A DNA stretch of 64,000 bases, from contig NC_068986.1 of the NCBI RefSeq assembly GCF_001194135.2, forward strand, positions 83,143,041 through 83,207,040, in the 5' to 3' direction. The stretch comes from Octopus bimaculoides. Its lineage: Eukaryota. Within the stretch, counting starts at the first letter, position 1. Every line of letters begins with the position of its first letter. This document shows positions 1 to 12,995 of the stretch, piece by piece. The position numbers and the translations under genes are program-made. A model generated the notes under the pieces. The model was not told the DNA's origin, searched no databases, and saw nothing but the letters and a program-made list of their open reading frames with translations.

Positions 1-963
1 CAGAAAATGATAAACAATCTAAAATGTGTTTTAATTGAAAACTGAAACCTGGTATTATAAAAGAAAACCTGTTGAGAAAAGATAAAGTAGTTTCTTAGAA
101 AGTTGTTGTCAGTTGGAGAAGGAGAAGACTAAACTGTTTTAAAGGTGTTGGAGAGATTGACCAAGAAGAAAAACTGAAGTGTCTTCTACTCAGATTTCTA
201 TCACAGGCTCAATAATCTAGAGAACTTTCTTGTCACATTTGATTTATACACTGTCCACAAGCAAATTTCTAAAAGAGCTACCATCATCATCACCATGCTT
301 ATCATAAGCTGAAACAATTACGATTTCCTTTCTTATCCATCATCCTGTCCATTAAAATAATTCCTTTCCAACTTATTTAAACTCAGTGTAACAGATTCCC
401 ATGACACATCCGAAGATAAATATTCTTTCTCTACACACCTCTCTTACAACATTAAGATTATGCAAATACTGAATTTACTTTTTATCAGTAAAGGCAAAAA
501 GTCCCTCAACATATTTTAATCACAAGCAAAACTTGTGTTACTCTATAATTAATTATATACAAAGATTTAATTAAACCCAGGTTATCTAATCTACAAACTG
601 ACCTGTGGCTTCCTTGTCTGGAATTTTAAAAATTGTTTGTGAGAAATTTAATTACTGTCGACCAAATATGGCTACTTCCATTTTCACTGAAGAGATTCTA
701 TGACTGACTAAAACTTTAATCTTGCTAGACTTGACTGATAAATTTCTGAACGTAATCCCTTCTTTTTGATTTTAAATATCTCTTGCATAATTATTGGACG
801 GATTCCAATGAACTTCAAGAGTTATTAGATAAGTGCTCTACAGGGTTCCAGCTAATTGGATAAAAATATGCTTGATACACTTAATGGTGGATATGAAATA
901 TTTTATTTTAAAAAACCTACTCAACAACATAAGTCATTGTTGTCATCATCATAATTATCATCA

Positions 964-1440
964 TTATTTCATACCTACATTCCATGCTAGCATAGGTTGG
1001 ACAATCTGACAAGATTTAATAGGTTTGGGTACTACATCTTGCTCCAGTGTCAAAGTTTTGGCATGGTTTCTATGACTGGATGCCCATCTTAATACCAAAT
1101 ACTTTACAAAGTGTACTGGGTGTATTTGATTGTGTGCAGTACCAACACCAGTGAAATCCAAGGTAATTTGTAAATGTAAAGAGCCCCTCAGGTGAATGGA
1201 AGTAGAGGCTTTCTCAAGGTTGACATATGCCAAGTTGATGAATGCTAATTAGAAGCTTACTTTTAACTAAATATTTCTCCAGCATTACCTCACCAAGAAG
1301 AGGTCATCAGCAGTATTTCTTCCTGGTACAAAATCAAACTGCATCTCATCTAGATTCTCTTCCTAATTATTTAAGTCATATTTAATACTCTAACAAATTC
1401 TGCCAACTGACTACCTCCTTCGACAAACCCTTTTTTTTTA
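964..1440 (-). mobile_element. Decayed RTE LINE reverse-transcriptase fragment joined to the family 3' tail
   Basis: Minus strand reads LDEMQFDFVPGRNTADDL (RTE-type xDEMQFGFMPGRxTxDAIF) and MAYVNLEKAS (AFVDLEKAFD). It ends in the ccaacctatgctagcatggaa...(atg)n tail seen on the other RTE copies here. Confidence 0.7.
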
Positions 1441-1819
1441 AAGGAAGAAGACATTTGATTTCTGTGATAATAAATGACTTATACAAGACCAGACATGTAC
1501 AATATGAGACATTCCAAAATAGAATTATGTATAGTAAGGACTGTTTCTAGTTCAATAAGAAAGCCTTTACATGGAAGTCCCATGATAAACACACCAGATA
1601 ACATTGTCAGAACTGTAAGAAGAACATTCACACATGCAATCATATGCAAAACTACCATACAAAACAAAAAATTCAAAATAATGCTTAAAAATAAGATTTA
1701 CATAGATGGGTTTAAAGGGTTACATAGTATTAAATTGTTTTAAAATTATGAAATTATTTTTTGACAGTAATTATATCAATATTGCTTATTCATCAAAAAA
1801 TAAAATACTTCCAACTTAC

Positions 1820-1953
1820 CTTTAACATTTTCAAAGCCAAGCACAATGTCTTTCATGTCACCATTTTTATCAGGAACTATAATTTTTGATATAATAGCTC
1901 CAAAAGTCAATATTTCAACTTCAGCAGATCGAGAAGCATTCTTCAATGTTATT
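1820..1953 (-). CDS. GALM: Internal coding exon of aldose 1-epimerase (galactose mutarotase)
   Basis: 134-nt exon between tttatttccattttag and gtaagttgg. It translates (phase 2 in, phase 1 out) as ITLKNASRSAEVEILTFGAIISKIIVPDKNGDMKDIVLGFENVK(G), matching the mutarotase N-terminal motif ..YGAxIxxIxVPDKxGxxxDIVLGF..G. Other exons were not found in the window. Confidence 0.9.
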
Positions 1954-2652
1954 CTAAAATGGAAATAAAGATAAAACTATTTTAGCTATTTTGTTTTGAA
2001 TTTCATAAAAGGATAGATAAAATATAATTATAAGATTTGAAAAGTGCCTGGCGATAATCCCTGAAGTTATGTTAGGATAATATATTGCATTTATCTTCAG
2101 AAAACAACAAAAAGTTATATACAAGAGTTAATAGGCTACAAGGGATTTAAGATGGCAATGAAAAACAAATATCCCAGACAGAAAGACAGTTGACCTGATA
2201 TTTGTAATTTTGTGGTAATGGAAAGGAAAGCAAACTTAAATACTTTCCATAGGATATTCTGCACTATAGACACTATTAATTTTTAAAAAATTTAAACTGG
2301 AGAAAATAGTTCAATATAATTGAAAGAAATTATAAATTGTAAATGATTCAAATTAGCTAGATTATCTAACTTCAAAATTTGGAGGTCGAAACTAAGTAGT
2401 AAACTTGGAGACAGTCTTGTAAAATATTGCCATATGTTAAGAAAAAGTGTATGTTTATAAACAGTGTAGGAAAAAGTATATGTTTATAAACAGAGTAGAA
2501 AAGTATACATTTTTAAACAAAGTAGAAAATGTGAATATAAAGTATACCACATTCTGAATCTTTATCAGATGTACAATTGCTCTGTTCTTAATGTAATTCT
2601 GATGATATAGACAAAAGCAAAGATTCAGGCTTTCACTGAAAAAAAATTTGAA

Positions 2653-3105
2653 GTGCAGGCATGGCTGTGGTAAGTAGTTTGTTTCGCAATCACATGGTTC
2701 TGGGTTCAATTCTACTGTATGGCATCTTGGGAAAGTGTTTTCCACTATAGCCCTGGGTTGATCAAAGCCTTATCAGTGGATTTGGTAGGTGAATAGGTGG
2801 AAAGTGAAAGAAGCCCATTATGTGTGTGTGTGTATGTGTGCATACGTGTGTTTGTGTCTCTTTGCCTTGACATCATGTGATAGCTGTATATAAGAAATGT
2901 CAGTCCTTTCCAATATTTTGCACTGTCATATAAGAAGTGTCAGTCATTTCCAATATTTTGCAAGAACTGTTTGGCCATGGCGAAATATAATACCTTGTGA
3001 GGATTCATGACAGGAAGGGCATCCCCCTGCAGAAAATCTGCCTCAAAAAACTTCATTGGGCCCATGCAAGCATGGAAAAGTAGACATTAAAAAAACGTTG
3101 ATGAT
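2653..3105 (+). mobile_element. tRNA-head SINE, abundant family with internal TG microsatellite
   Basis: Head gcaggcatggctgtggtaag...ctgggttcaattc (A/B-box-like), body cttgggaaagtg...gatttggtag, RTE-like tail catgcaagcatggaaaa...gatgatg. Related copies at about 27850-28160, 33060-33440, 34800-35000, 46490-46915, 53970-54140, 55620-55770, 61560-61960 and 63470-63850. Confidence 0.75.
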
Positions 3106-4099
3106 GGAGTGTAACACAGCCGTATTTTCTCTGGTGATCCAATCATGAGATGTAACTGTGAAACACCTTATAAAACAACCTCTCCAGATGAACCCCGCAA
3201 AAAATGTTTTCAAAGTGATTGGTGTCAGTGCTTTTTTTTTATTTTTTAGATCAAATAAGAATTGTGAGTTTCCTGAGAGATGTAGACTTCATCAGTGACA
3301 TATGAGTTGCACTGAAGTAAACAGAAGTAACAGAAAGGATCTAGTGCTTCATTGACTAAAGCTTTATAACATTGATACCAGTTGCTACTAACAAGAAAAA
3401 GAAGAATGCAAAATGAAACACTAAAAAAAAGGTCAAAATTATGAACGTTTGTTTTCCCTTTGTTCAAGATGGCAGCATGAAATCACAGAGTAGTTCTAGA
3501 GAAATGATAACTGAAAATTGTAAGACTGTTTAGGTGGAAGAATTTTCTTAATTAATGAATGTTCAGTCTCTCACATGATATAAAGTTAAGTTTTCATAAA
3601 GAGAACTGACACTAAACTCCTCTTAGCTTGTCTATACAACTAAAAAAAGAAAATGGTTTCTAGAGAAATAGCTTTACATGTTTAATCAAACTGCAGATAT
3701 TAAGTAAAACTTAATAAGGAAATAATCAAACACTAATTTTGACTTTATAGTTGCTTTTTTTTCTTTTTGCATTAAGTTTATTCTTTTATTAATCCTAGCT
3801 TAGTTATTAATTAATACTGGTTAAATTATAATTTTTTTCATGTTATGTTGTACCATTTACTCTCTTCTTCCTATCTAGCCAAGCAAAATATGACCAATAT
3901 GAAAAACAGTGTTTAGTAGAGAAACACATTTAAATCTTATTAATTTTTTATTAATTTCATAATGGGATCTTTTTTCTCTCTCTCTTTCATTTAACGAAAT
4001 TAATGTAGCCACTACATTTAAGTATAAGTGGGGGCTGTGTAGGGAGCTGAAAAAAGAATAGTGAACTAGATCTTAGAAATGGTGTGAAGCTGGAAAGTG

Positions 4100-4640
4100 C
4101 TGAATGGAGAAGGTGGATCAGATATAACAAGTGTCAAGAGTGAGATGTGTATGGGAGAACATCCAAAAATGGAATAGCATGCTAATGAGCAAGGGAGTCT
4201 CACTGAAACTGATGGGCAAAGTGTATGCCACATGTGTAAGAAATGTTATGACATATGAGAATAATACATGAGTAATAAGCATGTAGAATCAGAGACAACT
4301 GGAAAGAATGGAAATGGTTCGGTGGAAGAGTAGAGTATTACTGAGGGAAGAAGACAAACAAAAATTGCAGAGAAAGAAGGGAATAGAACCAGTGATGGAT
4401 GTTGCAAAGAGAAATAGAATGAAATGGTTGGGACATACACTGAGGAAACTTGAAAATAACTGGGAAGAGTGATTGAAATCAATGTGAAAAAAAGTAGAGG
4501 AAGGGGAAGACAGAGAAAGACATGGTAAAAAAAATGAAGGTGGCAGAAATGAGGGCAAGGGGTGGTTGAAAGAGAATACAGAGGATAGAGTAAAATGGAG
4601 AAGACTGCCATAGAGTTTATGGTGCTAACCTACTACTTTA
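4100..4640 (+). mobile_element. Decayed RTE LINE 3' ORF2 fragment
   Basis: Reads MLMSKGVSLKLMGKVYATCVRNVMTYE...LERMEM...RNRMKWLGHTLR with stops; homologous to the RTE copy at 10300-11700. Confidence 0.65.
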
Positions 4641-5435
4641 GCAGGGAAAATCGTTTTACATTGTTGTGTAGTTGCCTCTAAATTATAGTTAATCTATATG
4701 GTCATGAGAAATAATATTATGGGTTTTTTTTATTAAGGAAACCTTCTTAAAACTGATTCAGATCAATGTGTATAGTTTTTAGTTGAGAGTTTAGTAATAT
4801 TTGAGATGTAGTTTAATAATAACTTTGGCCTAATAAAATGGTTTCAGTTTACTTATGTTCAAGCTTTTAAATCACAATCAAGTCGGCATCAGAAACAAAG
4901 TACTAGCTAATTAATGTTTTTGAGTGCAAATTGTGCTTTGATCATCTTAGAGAAACAGTAGAATCTGGGAAAATTGTTGATATTCTGTGTCAACTAATAG
5001 TAATACAAATAAGTTACAAATAAGTTTGCAAAATGGAACAGATCATTTTATCCATCTAGGAATGACCAAGTACCAGTGATATGTTAGTGTTGAATGGATT
5101 AACTACATCAATTATGTCAAGAAAAGAGCCCATGGTCTAAAAAATGAAATCCTTACTTCAACAACATTTAGAAAATTATCAAAAACAAGATGTATCACAG
5201 TATCTCCGTTGACATCTCAGGTTAGAAGTAAAATCACATAGAGATAGAATTCAGCTTGTTGTGTCTCTAAAGTTAATAAAATAAAATCAGTAAGATACTA
5301 GGGTACAATCCAATTCATTTCTTTTCAATACAAAAGGTTTTCATGCCAGTTGTGAAAAAAATCATTATTTTTGCATTGTGAAGAAAACTGAATATCTTTA
5401 ATAAGCATACTAAAACTTTAATTAATATTAATTAC

Positions 5436-5485
5436 CTTTGTAAAGAGAAAGAAGACAGAGGATTTGTCATAACAAGTTTATCATT
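5436..5485 (-). other. Candidate upstream exon, possibly GALM 5' exon
   Basis: atttctctatcctcag|50 nt|gtaatt. Open frame NDKLVMTNPLSSFSLQ+AG ends in phase 2 and would join the GALM exon in frame. It lacks the usual FG motif of the GALM N-terminus, so support is weak. Confidence 0.2.
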
Positions 5486-6399
5486 CTGAGGATAGAGAAA
5501 TTATAAAAATTCAGAGGATTAACAAATAATTAACTCAATGAGAAGTTTGTTACAGTGTGTTTGCTATTTGAAATTGGAGGGTATTTAGTACTAATGATAT
5601 CACAAGACTCTCTTGAATCTCTTGAAGTAATCTGCGTTAATATTTATGCAATATTAGGTTAGTGGGATGAACAAGTTTAGAACAGAACTTCAAACAAAAT
5701 GTCATGCTGTATTTAGTTGTACTGCTTTTTGTTCCTAAATTCAAATCCCATCAGGCCAATATTGCTTTTCAATGTTCTGGTGTTGGTAAAATAAATACCA
5801 GCCAAATACTGAGGTAAGTTTAATTGACTGCACTCTCCCAGCAAAATTTGCAACTGTGTTAGAAATCAATATTTATTCAACATTAACATTATTATTGCTT
5901 GAAAATCTTCTAGAACTGGTATACTTCTAATTTTCTTCTTTTTTTTAATGGCTGAGTCAAAGAGCAGAAAGCATTCAAATATTTATTCATTTTTCTATTT
6001 ATTCATACAACAAAACGGATATTAAAAAGAAGAAGCTCTAGAAATTACTTTTTAGTAATTTTTTATTGTTTTAATGACTGCTCAAATTCAAAAATAACTA
6101 CAATAAATTTTCATATAAATTATTATTTAAACTATTCCTTTATTAGAATTTCTTGATTGAAGTTAAACCATTATTGAATCATGGACATTATAGCTGTGGA
6201 TGGCAGGATCAGAAGAGCTTTATGTTTTAAGTTCAAATCCCACCCAGACTGGCTTTAGTTTTTATCCTTATTATATATTCCTATTAACCAGGTATTGGGC
6301 ACCAATGTGATTGACCATACTCTTGAATGCAGTGCCTCAATATATCCACAGTCCAATAACTGAAATCAGTGAAGGAAGAAAAGAACTAATCTAAAGCAA

Positions 6400-6780
6400 T
6401 TTAGACATGTTGGAAGTCATTCAAATGAGATGCTTTCATCAAATACTCAGAGTATCACAGTTTATTACATTCAATGAAACTTTTTTTCTGAATTTAATCA
6501 GAAACCTTGTTTGCACTAGCATGACCATGGACCATGTTAATCAAATGCATCATTCAAATCTATCATACACATTACTTATATGTTATGTTTCTAGCCACAA
6601 GAATGAGAAGTATACAACAGATGAAAATTATCTGTAGAAACTAAACAAATATTCATGTTGACAGCAAGTGTTAAAAAAAATGCACTTGTGCTGAATATAT
6701 TATCACATCAGCTAAAATTAGTGAAAGTTTAAAAGAAATATTCCAGAGAGGTGTAAATGTGCTGGAAGTCTTTCGAACAG
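6400..6780 (+). mobile_element. Old RTE/BovB-like LINE 3' relic
   Basis: LEVIQMRCFHQILRVSQ resembles the RTE C-terminal LExFHxRCLRxILxIxW motif; heavily decayed. Confidence 0.45.
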
Positions 6781-7017
6781 GATGCTTTTATCAAATCCTC
6801 AAATATGAAAAGAGATTATCTATTGGTGATGGTCACATAAGGTGGGGAATGTAGATAAGAGAGACAACCCAAAGATCACTCTTTGTTTAAATAATTCATA
6901 AAGATGAAATGATGCATAATTTATTACCTCAATTTTGGGGATGATACTAAAAAGAAGTAAAATACATATAGGGTGCCAAGATGCAGAAAAACTGAAAATG
7001 AAGAAATGCAAATAAGA

Positions 7018-7039
7018 ACAATAATAATAATAATAATAA

Positions 7040-7107
<68 letters not shown>
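7018..7107. repeat. (AAT)n microsatellite
   Basis: Direct reading; explains the poly-I and poly-Y ORFs. Confidence 0.95.
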
Positions 7108-8208
7108 TTCTAACTTTTGGCAGATAATCAAGAAATTTGGAGATGGGTGTAGTCAATTTAATCAGCTCTATTATTTGGCTGGTACTTGTTTTATTGACCC
7201 AAGAATAATAAAAGCAAAGTTAACTTTGATGGGATTTAAATTCTATGTATGTAAAAGAATGTAAACAAATACTGCAAGACACACACACCAGCACTTTACC
7301 ATGTGATTACTTAGATAATAATAATAATAATAATAATAATGACGACAACGACAATAATAATAATTCTTTCAACTAGAGGCACAAGGCTTGAAATATTTTA
7401 GGGAGGGGTTAGTCAATTACACCAATGCCCCTGTGCTGAACTGGTACTTAAGTTATTGATCCCAAAAGAATTAAAAGCAAAATTGACCTTGTGGAATTTG
7501 AACTCAGAATGTAATGAAGCAGAAAAAATACTGCAAGACGTTTTTTCTGATGACGGTGGTTGGTACAAGGAAGGGCATTCAACTGCAAAAACCACACTAA
7601 AATAGACAATGGAGCCTAGTGTCATTCCTGGTCTTACCAGCTCCTGTCAAACAGTCCAACCCATACCAGCATGTACAACAGACCTATGGCGATGATGATC
7701 ATAATGGTGATGATGATCATAATGGTGATGATGATGATGATTTCTCCTATAGACATAAGACAACAGATATAAGTGCAATAAAATGTTAGATTTAAGAGAA
7801 CCTAAATTGTTTAAGGTAGTTCAAAGTCATAAACTTCACTCAAAAAGACAAAAAAGATATTAAAAGTGAAAATGCCAAAAGAATTCTCAAAAATTAAATG
7901 ACTATATTTTTAAAGGAAATTCGCTTTTGCTATCAATATTTTTGTAATAAGATAAGCTATTCCAACTAGGAAAGAAAATTGTAGATTTCATCTGTCAAGA
8001 CTTTATTTACTATACCATATGCATGTTTTTTTACCCTGCTCAATTTGTGAACATGAAGAATCATTTTACTTAAAGAAAAATATCAACTACAAACAAATGG
8101 ATTTTATTCATTATTCACCCTGTAAGATACAGTATCACAATGTCATATTAATTACCAAAGGGCCTCAAACTTCTACCCATATATCAGATACCTAATATAG
8201 TTGTTTAA

Positions 8209-8410
8209 CCCTTTAGCATTCTGACTATGTCAAATGTTCTGTTTATTTATTGACATTGTTTTGAATTAATCATGCATTAACTTGTAGATTTGAGATTTTG
8301 ATGGTGTGGTTGTTTATTTTTAGAATGACATTATTTGGTAGGTGTGAGAGGCTAGATCTGGCCAGTTGGAACATAAGTAGAATATTTTGGCTAGATATGG
8401 CCTGTTTAAA
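8209..8410. mobile_element. piggyBac-like MITE, right end truncated
   Basis: ttaa followed by ccctttagcatt; body homologous to 56359-56579. Confidence 0.5.
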
Positions 8411-10299
8411 TCTGTAAATATTTGAGATGAATTATTGTTATTAAGGTTATAATTTTTTTGACTATTGACCTCATGATTAGAGATGCGCTATAGTTTAATA
8501 TTGATATCTACACTAAATTTCAATCAGCTTGATCTCTGGTTACCATCAGGTACCTTATTCTTGGATGTGTGTGTCAATGGCATAGTGGACAATACTGTTA
8601 CTATTCTAGTTTAAAAATAAAAGCTCCTTGTTCAAATCTAGTTAGGCACTATGCACATATGTAAGAATAAAACATCTAAGTAGTGACAATTGGAAATCAA
8701 ATCAACTGAAACATAGTGCAGATGACAAAAGCAAAAAATTTTTACATTGCCAAGGAAGTTAATAGAAAAATTATAATATCTAATTACAGTTTTTTAAATC
8801 TGCCAACTGACTGTAATCATGAAATAACTTAGAAAAACTCCTGAAAACTTTCAGTCATATTCCTAGGTTCTCTGGGCCTAACTAGTTATATGCTAATGAG
8901 GAAGTCTAATGCACCATTTTCCATACATATTTTTTCTCCTTAAACTTCTTTTCTCTTGACTAGATATAACAAAACTTCATAAAATAACCATTTCCCTGTA
9001 TTCTTTGGTATTTTTAATATTTGGCATTTAACAATGTAAGGTTTAACCTAACTTCTTTAAAAGCACACCTCTTACTAGTCAAAGCTTATAGCCTGTTTAA
9101 AATATAAGTATATTTTGAAATGGTTCCCTTCTATTTTTTCCATTTATGAATAAAGCTTGAATGAAGTGATTGGAAGATAAAATGGCATTTGTAGCACATG
9201 CATTTTCAAGTCATTAGCATTATAAATGCAGTGAAATAGCTAATACTGAGAACAAATCTAGGTCATGAATTTAGATTACACAGAGTGATTCTTTACACAC
9301 TATAGCATTTGCCTTTTGACCAAATTTCCAATAAAATGCTAAATTAATTTTGTTTCCAGCCAAGGAAGTCGGAGGTAAAAAAAGAAATTTTCTGAATACA
9401 ATATCTTCCAAATGTATCATTTATTCTAGTACCAGTAACAATTGCTAAAGATGTCTCCAGAAGTTCATAACAAATGAGATTGTTCTGAGTCATCTCTTTG
9501 CTATAATTAACTGTAAATAGAATAGTAGATAAGAATGACTGATTAAAGATTTCATTTCGAAACTATTGATTGACATTTGTTGTTATCCAGTTTATATAAA
9601 AATGAAATAAAGCTGAAATAACTTTTCCCTGATTGTTCACTTCGGTAAAAAAAAGTATGGAAATGATACACTCATTATATAATTAATTTTCTTTAAATCA
9701 TTTGAGGCCAAAGAAGTAGTAGGGACAAAAGGCAGAGTGAAGAGGTAGCACACTTCTGAACTGGAGGTTGGTGTTCATGAGCAACACCATATCAATCAGT
9801 TGGATGGTGAATGTTTGGACGGTGCTGTGGTAAGTAGTTACCCACATCAAACTAGTATTCAGAATTCAATTACTCTGGCCTGATATTATGTCTATGTACA
9901 TTACAAATGGAGAGAATGGCATTGAGGAGTAGCTAGGAAGCAGTGCTACTAAAAGAAAAGGAGCAATAATTCAAAAAGTGTGAGAAGCACTAGTCTAGAA
10001 AGTGATACAGCAAAGATGATGAAGAGAGGAAAAAAGCGTATAAATCAAGTGGATATGAGTTGGGTGGTACATTTTGTTAATTCAAAGGATCAAAGTCATT
10101 ATGGTGCATTAGTCATTGTACCAGGTTGGTAAATGAGAGCTTGCATATCAGTTGGGTGGTGATTTTTGGATTGCTGTGAACAAATTTCAAAACTGGAGAA
10201 AACTGATAAGAATTTTTCTAGGTTTGAAACATCTAAGTCTATGGGATGTAGTCTTGACAATTTTACAGATGCAAGATTGCCTAAAGGGTAACAGAGGCT

Positions 10300-11700
10300 T
10301 AATAAGTAGGAAGGCAGACAAACCACAAATTCCTTCAGGTAGATGGTCCTGCTCGATCTGTAGAAAAGGTATAGGTAGAAACTCTATAAGATGTACCCAG
10401 TGTAAGCTATGGACACATAAGAGGTGCAGCAATATCAAAAGAAGGCAAACTGGGAAGATACTTTTTGTGTGTGGCAAATGCTCAGAAGCAATAAACACTG
10501 AAAATGTTCAGACAATAGCTTCCGTCACATTCCAGGGGAAAAAACTATAAGTAGTTGATAGCTTTCATTACCTAGGTGACCAAGTCAGTAGTGGGGGTGG
10601 GTGTTCTGAAACTGTAGCTGCTAGAATAAGAATAGCTTGGGCAAAGTTCAGAGAGCTCCTACCGCTGCTGGTGACAAAAGGCCTCTCGCTCAGAGTAAAA
10701 GGTAGACTATATGACACATGTGTGCAAACAGCCATGCTACATGGCAGTGAAACATGGACTGTGACTGCAGAGGACATGCATAAGCTTGCAAACAATGAAG
10801 CCAGTATGTTCCGCTGGATGTGTAATGTCAGTGTGCATACACGACAGAGTGTAAGTGCCCTGAGAGAAAAGTTGGGCTTAAGAAGCATCAGATGTGGTGT
10901 GCAAGAGAGTCGACTGCACTGGTAGTCAAGTGTTGCATATGGATGAGGACAGCTGAGTGAAAAAGTGTCATACCCTAGCAGTAGAGGGAACCTGTGGAAG
11001 AGGTAGACCCAGGATGAAGTGGTGAAGCATGACCTTTGACAAGTGACCAAGACCTTTGGAGATATGCTGTGCTTGAGAAGACCTGGCAAGCCAAATGAGA
11101 CCGTAATCGTGGCCTATGCCAGTGTAGCGTAACCAGCCCATTTAAGAGTACCCTTCAATCATTGGGCAATAAACTGCGCTTGCAAAGACCTGTTGAGGCA
11201 AGTGAAATCATTGTTGTGTCTGATGACAGTACTGCCTAATTGGCACCAATGCCAGTGGCACATTAAAAGCACTATTCGAGCAATATCATTACCAATGTCA
11301 TCTGACTGGCTCTGGTGCCGGTGGCACACAAAAAGCACCATTCAAGTGTGATCATAGCCAGTGTCACCTGACTGGCTCCTGTGCTGGTGGCATGCAAAAA
11401 ACACCATTCAAGCATGGTTGTTGCCAGTGCCGCCTGACTGGCTCCTGTGCCGGTGGCACGTAAAATGCACCATTTGAGTGTGGTCAATGCCAGTACCACC
11501 TGACTAGCCTTCATGCCAGTGGCACGTAAAAAGCACCCACTACACCCTCGGAATGGTTGGCATTATGAAGGGCATCCAGCTGTAGAAACTTCGCCAGATC
11601 AGATTGGAGCCTGGTGCAGTCTTCTGGCTCACCAGCTCTCAGTCCAACCCATGCCAGCATGGAAAGTGGATGTTAAACGATGATGATGATGATGATGATG
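10300..11700 (+). mobile_element. 5'-truncated RTE LINE: zinc-finger insert, thumb/C-terminus, repeat-rich 3' UTR, (GAT)n tail
   Basis: ORFs 10152-10550 and 10671-10925 give WSCSICRKGIGRNSIRCTQCKLWTHKRCS...CGKC, then VVDSFHYLGDQVSSGGGCSETVAARIRIAWAKFRELLPLL and KGRLYDTCVQTAMLHGSETW. Ends in (gat)n at 11700. Confidence 0.9.
11250..11537 (+). repeat. 66-bp tandem repeat (about 4.4 units) in the RTE 3' UTR
   Basis: Units start at 11250, 11316, 11382, 11448 and 11514 (exact 66-nt period); each begins with a tgccrgtggcac hairpin motif. Confidence 0.9.
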
Positions 11701-11890
11701 ACACTAATCTGAAATGACTGGTCATGTGACCTGTCATTTGAGTGTGGAACATTGGTTAACTCTTGTACTTTGATTGGTCAAGTATATCATGGCATTGGAT
11801 TGAGGATTCAATCATATTGCTTGTAACACATTCTAAAATAACTAACCTCAATCTATGCTGGAGCCTACCACTACATATATATTGAGTCTG

Positions 11891-12176
11891 TGGAATGAAA
11901 ACGAGGCTCTAGAATGAAAATGAAGCTCTGGAATGAAAACGAGGCACTGGATTGAAAACGAGGCTCTGGAATGAAAACGAGGCTCTGGATTGAAAACGAG
12001 GCTCTGGAGTGAAAACGAGGCTCTGGAATGAAAACGAGGCTCTGGAATGAAAACGGGGCTCTGGATTGAAAACGAGGCTCTGGATTGAAAACGAGGCTCT
12101 GGATTGAAAACGAGGCTCTGGAATGAAAACGAGCCTTGTTTTCAATCCTGAACCTCGTTTTCATTCCAGAGCCTCG
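11891..12176. repeat. 19-bp minisatellite (GGAATGAAAACGAGGCTCT) that reverses orientation at about 12131
   Basis: About 12-13 forward units, then reverse-complement units (gagcctcgttttcattcc) running into the gap. Confidence 0.9.
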
Positions 12177-12995
12177 NNNNNNNNNNNNNNNNNNNNNNNN
12201 NNNNNNNNNNNNNNNNNNNNNNNNNNNNNNNNNNNNNNNNNNNNNNNNNNNNNNNNNNNNNNNNNNNNNNNNNNNNNNNNNNNNNNNNNNNNNNNNNNNN
12301 NNNNNNNNNNNNNNNNNNNNNNNNNNNNNNNNNNNNNNNNNNNNNNNNNNNNNNNNNNNNNNNNNNNNNNNNNNNNNNNNNNNNNNNNNNNNNNNNNNNN
12401 NNNNNNNNNNNNNNNNNNNNNNNNNNNNNNNNNNNNNNNNNNNNNNNNNNNNNNNNNNNNNNNNNNNNNNNNNNNNNNNNNNNNNNNNNNNNNNNNNNNN
12501 NNNNNNNNNNNNNNNNNNNNNNNNNNNNNNNNNNNNNNNNNNNNNNNNNNNNNNNNNNNNNNNNNNNNNNNNNNNNNNNNNNNNNNNNNNNNNNNNNNNN
12601 NNNNNNNNNNNNNNNNNNNNNNNNNNNNNNNNNNNNNNNNNNNNNNNNNNNNNNNNNNNNNNNNNNNNNNNNNNNNNNNNNNNNNNNNNNNNNNNNNNNN
12701 NNNNNNNNNNNNNNNNNNNNNNNNNNNNNNNNNNNNNNNNNNNNNNNNNNNNNNNNNNNNNNNNNNNNNNNNNNNNNNNNNNNNNNNNNNNNNNNNNNNN
12801 NNNNNNNNNNNNNNNNNNNNNNNNNNNNNNNNNNNNNNNNNNNNNNNNNNNNNNNNNNNNNNNNNNNNNNNNNNNNNNNNNNNNNNNNNNNNNNNNNNNN
12901 NNNNNNNNNNNNNNNNNNNNNNNNNNNNNNNNNNNNNNNNNNNNNNNNNNNNNNNNNNNNNNNNNNNNNNNNNNNNNNNNNNNNNNNNNNNNNNN
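12177..12995. other. Assembly gap (N run)
   Basis: Ns. Other gaps at 13295-13305, 21250-21307, 32857-32865, 36658-37339, 41833-42042 and 59492-59504. Confidence 1.

Noticed and set aside
680-720. CTGAAGAG...AAAAC hammerhead-like string
   Set aside because: No GAAA and no stable stems.
3270-3300. Minus-strand CTGATGAAGTC...GAAAC hammerhead-like string
   Set aside because: Stems I and II do not pair convincingly.
11250-12176. CRISPR-like appearance of the 66-bp and 19-bp arrays
   Set aside because: Contiguous tandem units without unique spacers, no cas genes, eukaryotic context.
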